A DNA stretch of 64,000 bases, taken from Mobula hypostoma (Eukaryota). Below are positions 35,691 through 47,458 of this stretch, in pieces; the stretch's first letter is position 1; every line of letters begins with the position of its first letter. Under the pieces are notes generated by a model. That model was not told the DNA's origin and searched no databases. It was given only the letters and a program-made list of their open reading frames with translations. The stretch lies in contig NC_086109.1 in NCBI RefSeq assembly GCF_963921235.1, positions 24,492,001-24,556,000 on the forward strand, in the 5' to 3' direction. Position numbers and translations under genes: made by a program.

Positions 35691-37691
35691 GCAACACACA
35701 TCAAAGTTGCTGCTGAACGCAGCAGGTCAGGTAGCATCTCTAGGAAGAGGTACAGTCGGCGTTTCAGGCTGGGACCCTTTGTCAGGACTAACTGAAGGAA
35801 GAGCTAGTAAGAGATTTGGAAGTGGGAGGGGGAGGGGGAGATCCAGAATGATAGGAGAAGACAGGAGGGGGAGGGATGGAGCCAAGAGCTGGACAGCTGA
35901 TTGGCAAAAGGGATATGAGAGGATCATGGGACAGGAGGTCCGGGGAGAAAGACAGTTGGGGGGGAACCCAGAGGATGGGCAAGGGGTATAGTCAGAGGGA
36001 CAGAGGGAGAAAAAGGAGAGAGAGAGAAAGAATGTGTGTATATAAATAACGGATGGGGTACGAGGGGGAGGTGGGGCATTAGCGGAAGTTAGAGAAGTCA
36101 GTGTTCATTCCATCAGGTTGGAGGCTACCCAGACGGAATATAAGGTGTTGTTCCTCCAACCTGAGTGTGGCTTCATCTTTACAGTTGAGGAGGCTGTAGA
36201 TAGACATGTCAAAATGGGAATGGGATGTGCAATTAAAATGTGTGGCCACTGGGAGATCCTGCTTTCTCTGGCGGACAGAGCATAGGTGTTCAGCAAAACG
36301 ATCTCCCAGTCTGCATCGGGTCTCACCAATATATAAAAGGCCACATCGGGAGCACTAGATGCAGTATATCACCCCAGCCGACTCACAGGTGAAGTGTTGC
36401 CTCACCTGTAAGGACTGTCTGGGGCCCTGAATGGTGGTAAGGGGGGAAGTGTAAGGGCATGTGTAACACTTGTTCCGCTTACAAGGATAAGTGCCAGGAG
36501 AGAGATCAGTGGGGAGGGATGAGGGGGGACGAATGGACAAGGGAGTCGTGTAGGGAGCGATCTCTGCGAAAAGCAGAGGGGGGGGCGGAGGGAAAGATGT
36601 CCTTAGTGCTGGGATCCCGTTGGAGGTGTCAGAAGTTACGGAGAATAACGTTGGACCCGGAGGCTGGTGGGGTGGTAAGTGAGGACCAGGGGAACCCTAT
36701 TCCTAGTGGGGTGACGGGAGGATGCAGTGAGAGCAGATGTGTGTGAAATGGGGGAGATGCGTTTGAGAGCAGAGTTGATGGTGGAGGAAGGGACACCCCT
36801 TTCCTTAAAAAAGGAGGATATCTCCCTCGTCCTGGAATGAAAAGCCTCATCCTGAGAGCAGATGCGGCGGAAATGGAGGAATTGCGAGAAGGGGATGGCA
36901 TTTTTGCAAGAGACAGGTTGAGAAGAGGAATAGTCTAGATAGCTGTGAGAGTCAGTAGGCTTATAGTAGACATCAGTAGATAAGCTGTCTCCAGAGACAG
37001 AGCCTTCTATATATTGGCGAGACCCGATGCAGACTGGGAGATCATTTTGCAAAACACCTATGCTCTGTCCGCCAGAGAAAGCAGGATCTCCCAGTGGCCA
37101 CACATTTTTATTCCATATCCCATTCCCATTCTGACATGTCTATCCACGGCCTCCTCTACTGTAAAGATGAAGCCACACTCAGGTTGGAGGAACAACACCT
37201 TATATCCCGTCTGGGTAGCCTCCAACCTGATGGCATGAACATTGACTTCTCTAACTTCCGCTAATGCCCCACCTCCCCCTCGTACCCCATCCGTTATTTA
37301 TATACACACATTCTTTCTCTCTCTCTCCTTTTTCTCCCTCTATCCCTCTGACTATACCCCTTGCCCATCCTCTGGGTTTCCCCTCCCCTCCCCCTTTCTC
37401 TTTCTCCCTGGGCCTCCTGTCCCATGATCCTCTCATATCCCTTTTGCCAATCACCTGTCCAGCTCTTGGCTCCATCCCTCCCCCTCCTGTCTTTTCCTAT
37501 CATTTTGGATCTCCCCCTCCCCCTCCCACTTTCAAATCTCTTACTAGCTCTTCCTTCAGTTAGTCCTGATGAAGGATCCCGGCCTGAAACGTCGACTGTA
37601 CCTCTTCTTAGACATGCTGCCTGACCTGCTGCGTTCACCAGCAACTTTGATGTGTGTTGCTTGAATTTCCAGCATCTGCAGAATTCCTCGT
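35691..37691. mobile_element. Neptune-type PLE with ~650-bp inverted arms
   Basis: Minus-strand RT thumb (YYKPTDSHSYLDYSS..IPFSQF), CKRNKCYTC linker and GVIYCI GIY-YIG; arm 35691-36341 is the reverse complement of 37002-37660; TSD aaatgcaatgttggca at 35678-35693 and 37692-37707. Confidence 0.92.
37561..37598 (+). ncRNA. Minimal type I hammerhead ribozyme, intact core
   Basis: UAGUC-CUGAUGA-AGG(aucccgg)CCU-GAAA-C-GUC^GACUG; predicted cleavage after 37593. Confidence 0.8.
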
Positions 37692-38109
37692 AAATGCAAT
37701 GTTGGCATTTATTTCAAAGGGAATAGAATATGAAAACAAGGAGATAATGCTGAAGCTTTAGAGGACACTAGTCAGGCTGCACTTGGAGTATTGTCAAAAG
37801 TTTTGGGCCCCTTATCTCATAAATGATGTATTGTCATGGAGAAAGTCCAGAGGAGGTTCACGAGGATGACTCTGGGAATGAAGTTGTCATGACCACAGAT
37901 TCGGCAGCGCAGTAGATACGACAATTCCGCTTGTGAATATGCATGTCAGCTAATTGTGATAGTACTTAGCTCCATACTTGTCGAGACTTGGGCAGAGTAC
38001 AGCAATGCTTCGCTGCCTGTTTGCATTTGGCCTTGCCCAAGAAATTGGACTGTCAAGTCAACTGACTCTGAAGACTAGTGGTATTCGTTTAATATATAGA
38101 TGTTCCTTT

Positions 38110-38675
38110 TGGGGGTGTATGGGGCGTCAGGGAGGGGTAGCACCTCTGGTGGGGTAACATGTCATGTCCTTTTCAAGGCGGTTAGTCCACCTTTGGTCCC
38201 CACCTGGCACTCAGCTCTCATCTGTGGCTCCCCATAGCTGTTTGCATGCAATAGCGGCCACACCCCAGGCAACAGCTTCGACAAGCCAGCTAAACCAGGT
38301 GAGGGTAGCTGACGGGTCTCAAACCCTCGGTGAGATAGAGAGTTGTCTATCCCTGCATGTGAAGACAGACTCCGGTGGACTGAGTGGATGAGACCAATGG
38401 AAAGTCCACCGGTCAAGAAGGTGGTATCTGCAAGCGTCGTGGAACGTGTAGAGCAGGACAAGACACAAAAGACATCCTGGTCATCCACTGCACCTAGTCC
38501 CATCTCCAGCTGTCTGGACTCTGTCTTGCCACTGGATCCAGATGGGAATTGGGAAGAGAGAGTGAGGCTGACGCTGCGCAACTCTCCCTCACTTAAATCC
38601 ATATCATGCGCTAGTCTCGACACCATCATAATGGTGTCGAGGTCCTCCTCAACGACAATGGACGAACACAAAAAA
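38110..38675 (+). mobile_element. ~560-bp non-coding RTE-type non-autonomous retroposon, copy 2
   Basis: Perfect 12-bp TSD agatgttccttt (38098-38109 and 38676-38687); absent from the sister 3' LTR; ends ggacgaacacaaaaaa. Confidence 0.85.
38112..38306 (+). ncRNA. Candidate HDV-like self-cleaving ribozyme, copy 2
   Basis: P1 GGGGUGU (38112-38118) / ACACCCC (38260-38266); P2 38214-38224 / 38296-38306; P3 GGC (38226-38228) / GCC (38257-38259); J4/2 C at 38290; several CpG-type changes in the core. Confidence 0.6.
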
Positions 38676-41399
38676 AGATGTTCCTTTCAGCCGCATTGTA
38701 GGCTACATTTTCCATTTGAGAGTTTTAGTTAACGGCCCAGTTTGGCCTAGCATTCATTGTTTTATTTTCCCTTTAACACTGTTCATAATAACGTTTGTGA
38801 ATTATCGACCCGCTTTGGTGTCTCTCACTACACACTTGGGCCATATCCGAACCTGGTGACAGCAAGCCTGTTCAATGCCCTACGGGAGCAAGGATACCCC
38901 ACAGCCCAGTCGTTTCGACATTTCGTGATGGAGTTAAGGAGGGTTTTTGATCTTCCAGTACGGGGTCAGAAGGCTGCCCACCGACTCTTGGACCTGTGCC
39001 AAGGTGAGAACTTATGCAGTTAAATTCCGTACCCTTGCAGTAGAGACGGGTTGGAATGAGCGATCTCTCATCACTGCCTTCCTGCGGGGGTCCGGCATGA
39101 GATCACCATCCGAGACGAGCAGGATAGTCTGGATGACCTGATTAATCTGGCTATTCGAGTTGACGAATGGGTGACTGAGTGGCGCAGGGAAAGAATGTTT
39201 CAGACTTCCTATGCGCCACTTGATCATCATCATCTTTCCTCGCCTTCTCCCCCTCCCTCACCACCCAGCACCCAGCCTACGGACACGGAGGAGCCTATGC
39301 AAGTGGGGTGCATGCACCTGTCTCAGGAGGAACAAGAGTAGCGCTGGAGAACAGGCTCCTGCCTCTATTGTGGTGATCCAGGACACTTCCCGGTGGCATA
39401 TTCCAAGCATCCAGTAAAAAAGAACACCCTTCAGCAGGGAGGGGAATCGTGACAGGTCAGTTCTCTCTTCAGTCAGCTTCTTCTAATTCGCAGTTTCCTT
39501 GTCGTGGATGTCTCAGACCCATGAACTTAAGGCGTTTATCAGCTCTGGTGCAGCTGGGAATCTTATGGACATCTCTCTCACTGAAAGATGGGGAGTTCCA
39601 ACTAATCAATGTCAAGGCACTGGATGGTTGACGCCTGGGATCCGGCCAGATCCACCTTTCCATCCAACCCCAAGTCCTGGAGCTCCCAACTAGTTTGGGC
39701 AGAGATCGCCCTCAATAACCTCCAGTTGTCCTCCACTGGTATGTCTCCCTCTCCCTCCTCCTCCTCGCCTGGTTGATGGTTCCCTTGTCTATACTGTACG
39801 GTGCGTCCTGGCATTCCGCTGGGTACATGGTGAGGTCCAGTACCTTGTGGACTGGGAAGGATATGTCCCAGAAGAACATACTTGGATCCCGGTGAAGGAC
39901 ATTTTGGACAAGTCGCTGATCCAGGACTTCCAGCGAACACAGGCCTGTGGTGCCTCGGGCTGCGCTGAGAGAGGGGGGCCCTGACACTACCACAGATTCG
40001 GCAGCACAATAGATACGGCAACTGCGCTTGTGAATCTGCACGTGTCAGCTAATTATTACCTAATTGTGATATTATTTAATTCCATAATTGTCATTGTAGT
40101 GCGTGTTGAGACCTGGACGGAGCACAGCAATGCTTCACTGCCTGTTTGCATTCGGCCTTGCCTGAGAAATTGGACCGTCGAGTCAACTGACTCTGAAGAT
40201 TAGCGGTATTCATTTAATATTTAGATGTTCTTTTCAGCCGCAATGTAGGCTTCATTTTCCATTTGAGAGTTTTAGTTAACGGCCCTATTTGGCCTAGTGT
40301 TTATTGTTTTATTTTTCCCTTTAACACCGTTTGCATTAAAGTTTGTGAACTATCGACCCGCTTCGGGGTCTCTCACTTCACGCTTGGGCCATGCCCGAAC
40401 CAGGTGACAGAGGTGGTTGACATATGAGGAGAATTTGGCAACTTTGAGCCCGTACTCACTGGAATTTAGAAGTATGTGTGGCAATCTCATTGAAACCTAC
40501 CAAATGTTGAAAGGACTTGCTAGGGTGGATATGGAGAGGGTGTTTCATCTGGCTTGGGGTATCCAGAACTAGAGGGTACAGCCTCAGAATTGAGGGGTTT
40601 TAGAACAGAAGTAAGGAGGAATTCTTTTAGCCAAAGAGTGGTGAATCTGTGGAACTCTCTGCCACAGTCTACGACTGAGGCCAATTCCGTGGGTATATTT
40701 AAAGAGGAAGTTGATAGTTTCCTGATTGGTTGGACCATTAAGGGATATGGTGAGAGGACAGATGTATGGGGTTGAAGGGATCCAGGACCAGCCATGATGA
40801 AATGGCAGAGCGGACTCGATGGGCAAAATGACCTAATTCTGCTGCTATTTCTTATGGTCTTGTGCAATGGTGGCATTGTTACAGATTGACATCCCACCAT
40901 TTGATACTCTAATATTTTTGAAAGTGGTCTATTGAAAAACGCATGAATTGGATGTCTGCATTTTTGAAGACACATTCCTGCCTCGATTGCTGCTTTGAAG
41001 CTGATCTCCTGGATCCTTGTGTTAAAGTGTGTTCCGTTCTGCAATTTTTTTTCTGCTTCATAAACTTCATCTGTTTATTCTTCTCATCAGGTGCTGCCTA
41101 ACCTGTTGAGTTCCTCCAGCATTTTGTGTGTGTTGCTCCATATTTCTGAATTTCCAGCACCTTCAGAATCTTTTCTGTTAATGATCTTTCTATTTCTCTG
41201 CCTTTACTGTAGACATTGGATTATTCTGCACTGCATGTGAGAAGGTAATTAGAATTCAATAGCTTCCTCACTATCGTAAGCTCCCCAATGGTGATGAGCA
41301 AAGTTCTTTTTAAAGAATTCATCCGGGGCATTGCTCCCTCTTCAGAATTTCTTGTTGGATTATTTTACATCATTTTGAGGAGAGACAAGACCTGGGTTC

Positions 41400-41620
41400 A
41401 AAGCAATGCTCACAACATGCTGGGGGAACTCAGCAGGTCGGGCAGCATCCGTGGAAACGATCAGTCAACATTTCGGGCCAGAATCCTTTGTCAGGACTGA
41501 AGAGGGAGGGGGCAGGGGCCCTATAAAGAAGATGGGGGGGGAGGGTGGGAAGGAGAAGGCTGGTAGGTGCTGGGTGAAAAACAAGTAAGGGGAAAGATAA
41601 AGGGGTGGGGGAGGGGAATA
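41400..41620 (-). mobile_element. PLE 3' end fragment
   Basis: atgctgggggaactcagcaggtcgggcagcatc..tttcgggccagaatcctttgtcaggact followed by a purine-rich tract. Confidence 0.75.
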
Positions 41621-41789
41621 AAGGCATTAGTGTTCCCATGCAAGCTGTAATGCAGCCAATCAACACACTTCAATGCTGTACAATGTTACTCTGCTATATT
41701 ATGTAGTGCCTTGCCTCTGAGTCAGAGTTGTGCATTTACAGCCTATAATATAAATTCTCAACCAGTGCGTTTTCTGAAAATGTGTTTCT

Positions 41790-41965
41790 TGAGGTAAGGT
41801 GCAGAGTAGGTCCTTCAAGTGGTACCGCCTATCAACCCCTGATTTAACCCTAGGTTAATCAGTGGATAATTTACAATGACCAGTTAACCTACCAACTGGC
41901 ATGTCTTTGGACTGTACGAGGAAACCAGAGCACCCAGAGGAAACCCATGCGGTCAAGGGGAATAC
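41790..41965 (-). mobile_element. V-SINE (HE1-like) fragment
   Basis: gtctttggactgtacgaggaaaccagagcacccagaggaaacccatgcggtca is a reverse V-domain; homologous to 56720-57005. Confidence 0.75.
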
Positions 41966-42859
41966 AGCGGCAAAGCCACATCATTGAAAATGTAGCCTTC
42001 CGGATAAATATAAAACTAATGCTTTTTGTTCTCACACGGATGTTAAAAAATGTACAGCATACTTCAAAGAAGAGTGGGAGAATTCTTCCCAGTTGTTTGA
42101 TTAATATTTAATCCCTCAATAATGCAGATTATTTTGCTATCATTACATTTCTTCTACTGCAGATAATGTTTGACCTTCTGAGTATTTCTAGGGTTTTCTG
42201 TCTATTTTCTGATATGTCAAAGTTTAAATGTCTATATAAACAGCATCCACAACACTGTCATATTAACTACTCCACTGCTTCAATCACATTCATCAGATAT
42301 CATTTCCCCTTCATTGCTATGCTGCCTTTCATTTATTATTCTCTCCGGCATGCAGATACATTTAATCCCACATCTTTACAATTCTTCCCTTCACCAATGT
42401 AAGGCATATCGTTCTCCCATCGTTTTCAAGTCCAGCACCAACCTCATTTATAAGTAGATAAGCCACTGCAATGTTTATCCTTACTTTCATCAGTAACTTT
42501 GCATTTTTCCCATCTACACTGTATGACAGTTTGCCACTTGGAGCTTTTAAGTGGCATTTTGTATCTTTCAGCACTGTAACGTAAATGCAATTGAAAGCAG
42601 CACAATTCTCTTTGCATTATTATTTGCTAATAATCTTTGGTGTGGAACTCAACTAAAATCACAAGTGGATATCTTTACAAACAAGATTTATTATTCTGCT
42701 TTTCAAGCTTGTTGGTGATCTCCTCAAAAGAATGGACTCAATAATGAAAGGTGAACCATCCTTCATCAAACCACGCCGATCCCTCTGATCAGTTCATTAC
42801 TGGCTCTCGGTCTCAAATGACCGACTTTATTAATTTCCCCACTCCCAACTGATGCTATC

Positions 42860-43250
42860 ACTTCATCCCAAACCCTCTTTCCCCCACACACCTCCCTTCC
42901 CCCTCACCTGGTTTCACCTATCTTTTTCTATCTTGTACTCCTTCCCCTACCCACTCCCCACCTTCTTATTTTGGCTTCTTCCCTCTTCCTATTCAGTTCT
43001 GATGAAGAATTTTGGCCCGAAACATCAACCCCTCATTCCTTTCCGTAGATGCTGCTGTGTTCCTCCAGCATGTTACGTTTGCTGCTCTGGATTTTCAGCA
43101 TCTGCAGAATCTCTTGTGTTTATGACAGGACTACAGATTCCCTTGAAAATCAAAAGAAATCTGCAGATGCTGGAAAGCTGATGTAAAAAATTTGAAAACA
43201 TTAAAAACACTCAGCAGGCCAGACGGCATCCATAGAAAGAGAAACAATCA
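42860..43250. mobile_element. Two PLE 3' ends, tail to tail
   Basis: Plus copy ending ~43122 with ctgatga..cccgaaac at ~42999-43023, then a minus copy starting aaatctgcagatgctgg. Confidence 0.7.
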
Positions 43251-43817
43251 GATGCAGATTCTTTTATCCGAACCCTTCATTTTTAATAGTTAATTGCATT
43301 TTTCCAATCCGAAAGGACGTTGACTGAGGAAACGTTTTAACAGACACGACCTTTAAATTAACTTCAAATGTACTTTAAAAGTTATTGTGAGATCTAAATG
43401 ATTGTAGATGTAGCATGCAAGGTGTACTTAAATTAACTTAACAATAAGCATTTGAGTGGTGAAGTGCCAACATCAGTTAATCAGAATTCTGTGAATGCTA
43501 TTCAGTTATTTTGTTATCATCAAGGTGAAGAATGTTTCTGCTGGAAAATAGAAAGGTGCCTGTTTTAGGCATCTGCAGTCAGTATCATATAGTCCAGCAC
43601 CATCAGTGGTGGTGGGGGGGTGGGGGGTAGGAATTGTCAACATTTTGCTTCGACAGATCGTTTCCCTCCATAGAACCTGGTGAATTCCATCAGCAGGCTG
43701 TCTGTTCCTTCAGGTTCCAGCATCTGCAGACTCTTTGGGTTATTCTGTCCCAGGGCAATTTCAGCAGAGAAAAGCTTCCTCACTGTTTACCTTGCCCTCA
43801 ATGTCCCGGTCCCAATA

Positions 43818-44150
43818 TACGAGGGGTGATTGATAAGTTTGTGGCCTAAGGTAGAAGGACATGAATTATGCAGCTCTTGTACATGCACGTGCAGTTCAAC
43901 CCTTTGAGTGAAAATGCAGAAAGCTTGAAGTTTCTCCTCATCTCCTTCTACTTTAGGCCACGAACTTATCAATCATCCCTGCTGTGGACCACTACCTGGA
44001 GGTCCAAGACGCCGACTTCTACAAAGAAGGGATCCGTATGCTCCATGACCGCTGGACTAAGTGTGTAAATGTCGGAAGAATAAATGTGCTAGGTTTTCTA
44101 AAATTGACTCCTTCTACCTTAGGCCATGAACTTATCAATCACCCCTTGTA
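43818..44150. mobile_element. Mariner-type non-autonomous element with three TIR copies
   Basis: ta-cgaggggtgattgataagtttgtggcctaagg ... ccttaggccatgaacttatcaatcaccccttg-ta, plus an internal reverse TIR at ~43950-43981. Confidence 0.85.
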
Positions 44151-44896
44151 CAATTAGATAAACGGTAAAGCGCAAATATGGGTTAGATACAGAATAGTTC
44201 TCAAACCGCATGACCCTACAACCAGTCCTGGGTAGCGAAAGCATAGATTGGGCACAAAAAAAAAACTCCTGTAAACGGTCCATAGACACAGGAGTAGAAC
44301 AAGTTATGCACAGAGGCGTGCTCCCTCTACACTATCCCATCATACCTGCAGGCGAAGACATAGGATGGGTTAGAAATGGAGTAAAGGTCTCCACACTTAC
44401 CTAGCCTCCTTAGACAGTACCTTCCAATCCTAGCACTCCTACCAGCTAGAAAGTCAATGTCAGTAAGAGCACGGGAGCATCATTACCTGGAAGTTGCCTT
44501 CAGTCATTCCGACTTGGAACTGTATCACCATCACTGCATTAAAACCTTGGTACTCTTTCCCTAACAGCATTGTGGTGTTCAGTAGCTGAAGAAGGCAGCT
44601 CACCACCACCTCCTCAAGGGGATTAGGGATGGCAATTAAGTGCTGGTTTAGCCTGCAAAGCCATCATTCCCTGGAAGAAATAAAAAACACTCCCTCCAAA
44701 CCTGATCTCTGACCAGGTACAGTACACATTCAATACAGAGAAAAGTTCCCTCTGCACTGTCCCCTCGCAAATTCCCAGGACAATACAGCTGGCTAAACAC
44801 AGCACAAAAGTGCCTTCATTGTCTGAACAAAATCAGGGACTTCAAGATTCAAATTTCAAAAATTTCAAAGTAAATTTCAAGATTTGAAGTTTACTT

Positions 44897-46190
44897 GAAC
44901 TGTCTTGCTCTCTGTGTCTCCATTTTGGGAGACAAACTGCCGACCGACATCTTTTATAAACCTACAGATTTCCATGGTTATCTTGACTATACCTCATCCC
45001 ATGCCGCCTCCAGTAAAATTGCAAATTCCTTTTTTCAGTTCCTTCGTCTCTGCCGCAGGATGCAGCTTTCCTTTCCAAGGCATCAGAGATGACCTCCTCC
45101 TTCAAAGAATGAGGTTTCCCTTCCTCCATTGTTGAAGCTGCACTCACCAGATCTCCTCCATTTTCCAAACATCCATGGCCTTCTCATCTTTCCTCTGCCT
45201 TAACAGAGATAGAGTTCCTCTTGTCCGTACCTACTACCCCATTAACCTCTACATTCAGCACATCATTCTCTTCAACTTCCACCATCTCCAAAGGGATCCT
45301 ACCACCAAACATATTGTTACCTTCCCCCTCTGTCCACTTTCTGCAGGGATCACATGATTCTCTTGCACATTCATCCCTCCTCACTAATATCTCTCCCAGC
45401 ATTTATCCCTGCAAGTGGCCAAAGTGCTACACTTGCTCTTTTTCTTCCTCCCCCACCTCCATTCAGGGCCCCAAACAGTCCTTCCAGGTGAGGAAGCATG
45501 TCACCTGTAAATCTGCTGGGCTCATCTATTGTGTCCAGTGCTCCCGTTGCGACCTCATCTACATTGGTGAGACCCTTCGTAAATTGAGGGAAGACTTCAT
45601 TGAGCATCTCCGCTCCATCCACCAAAAGTGGAATTTCCCAATGGCCAAATATTTTAATTCCCATTCCCAATCCCGTTCTGTCATGTCAATCCGTGGCCTC
45701 CTCTTGTGCCACGATGAGGCCAACCTCAAGGTGGAGGAGCAACTCCTCGTATTCCATCTGGGCAGCTTCCAACCTGGTGGCATGAGTATTGATTTCTCCT
45801 TGCAGTTAAAAAAAAATTTCCCACACCCTCTCCTCCACTTTATTCCCCACTCTGTCCTTTTACCTCTTCTCACCTGCCTGTCACTTCCCCCTGGTGCCCC
45901 TCCTTCCTTTTCTCCTATGGTCCACTCTGCTCTCCGATTAGATTCCTTCCTCTTTACCTTTATTTTACTTTTTACTTTACTTTAGCCCTTCACTTTTCCT
46001 ACTCACCAGGTTTCACCTATCACCTTCCAGCCATCTTCCTACCCCTCCCTCTATCTTTTTATTCTGGCATTTTCCCCCTTCCTTTCTAGTCTTGAAGAAG
46101 GGCCTTGGCCTAAAACAACAACTGCTTATTCATTTCCATAGATGCTGCCTGACCTGCCGAGTTCCTCCAGCATTTTGTGTGTGTTGTTTC
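44897..46190 (+). mobile_element. Neptune-type PLE 3' portion (RT thumb, GIY-YIG endonuclease, UTR)
   Basis: DIFYKPTDFHGYLDYTSSH; CKWPKCYTC; GLIYCVQCSRCDLIYIGETLRKLREDFIEHLRSI. Confidence 0.92.
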
Positions 46191-47458
46191 AAGATATAAG
46201 TTTAATTTTCATGTGTACATCGAAACATACAGTAAAATGCATTAACAACCAACTTGTTATTTAACATCTTGTTTGTTCTTGTGCATTAGTATCAATAAGT
46301 AAGGATGCCAATGGTGATTCCTGAGTATAATTCGGACCTAGCAGGCAATGCTGTCTTTGTCCAAGAGTCTCAGCTACAGACACCAACTCATAGTATCATC
46401 TGAATACCCTTGATTTCAGTTTGTTGCACAGTTCCCGCCGTCTGGACTCAGGAAGTGTCAGGGAAAACACATGAATGACAACCTTTGAAGTGTCTCTACT
46501 GACATTGGTGTTCAAAGAGTCTAAAATTAAGGGAGACAAAAAGAATGTCAGCAATCTCAGAGATTCACTGTCACATTTTGAAAACCTTCGATCAGCGATG
46601 CCCTCATATCAATCAAAGCATGGGATGAAAAATTACTCGATGACCTTTTTCAGGAATTCAAAGAACAATTTGAATATTTCAGATATTTTGTTGGTTTGAT
46701 GACTACAAAGGCAGGGGAATCAAGCTAAGACAATAGAACTCAGGAAACATCATCAAAGGACAAAGCTGAAATTGTTCAATAATTTGTATTATTGCATTTT
46801 GACCTTCACTTTCTTCCCCATGGTAAGGGTACAGAAGTTCACTCATAATTCCTAAAGATGGTTATGTTCACTGGGTAAAGCACAGGAATGTCCCCAGGAG
46901 TCTAGTTCTTGAAGTTGTTGACTCTCCCTCAGGTACAGTTCCTGAAGGTGTAAACTCTCATTGGCTTACCACTGTGGCTGACTGAACAATCATTGCCAAC
47001 AATAAGAAAAATAATCTGTTTGACTCACTTATTTACCATAATAAAATATCTTCAGGGAATTCATGGGTTCAGTACCAATCAGTATTTAACAAATTTACAC
47101 AAGTTCAGAAGGAAAATTAAAATAAATTTCAAAGTTATGTATTTAGAGCATAGCTGGGAATGTCCTCTCATTTTTGAAATGGTTACGTTAAAGTAAGAAC
47201 CTTAAGGAGCATTTAAAAAAAAACATGTTTCAAGTGGCAGAAAGGTGTAGGTAGGGAATTGTAAAGCCAAGGCTTTAAAACAGCTGAGAGCATTCTGATA
47301 GTGAAGCAATTAAATATGGAGATAATCAAAATGCCAGGTGGAGGAATTTTGAGATTTTAAAAGATCTCAGGAGATTATCAAGGTGAGGAGAATGAAAAGG
47401 TAGGAAAAGGCTTGATGGGGAGTCAGTGTGTCATGTACTAGGTACCAGGGAAAGAGAA

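Larger units (their letters stand above)
37885..40409 (+). mobile_element. Internally deleted Gypsy chromovirus (non-autonomous)
   Basis: LTRs 37885-38861 (interrupted) and 39982-40409, both TG..CA; TSD gaagt/gaggt; PPT gagagagggggg at ~39967-39978; gag, CLYCGDPGH, PR (AFISSGAAGNLMD) and chromodomain (39790-39930) remnants; no RT or RH. Confidence 0.9.
33755..40861 (+). mobile_element. Long decayed CR1 LINE (endonuclease to 3' tail) hosting two insertions
   Basis: GPDGLHPRVLREV, SQHGFCKEKSCLTNLLEFFEEV, YLDFLKAFDKVPH; resumes at 37692-37884 and 40410-40861 (RRNSFSQRVVNLWNSLP, tail cttatggtctt). Confidence 0.92.
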
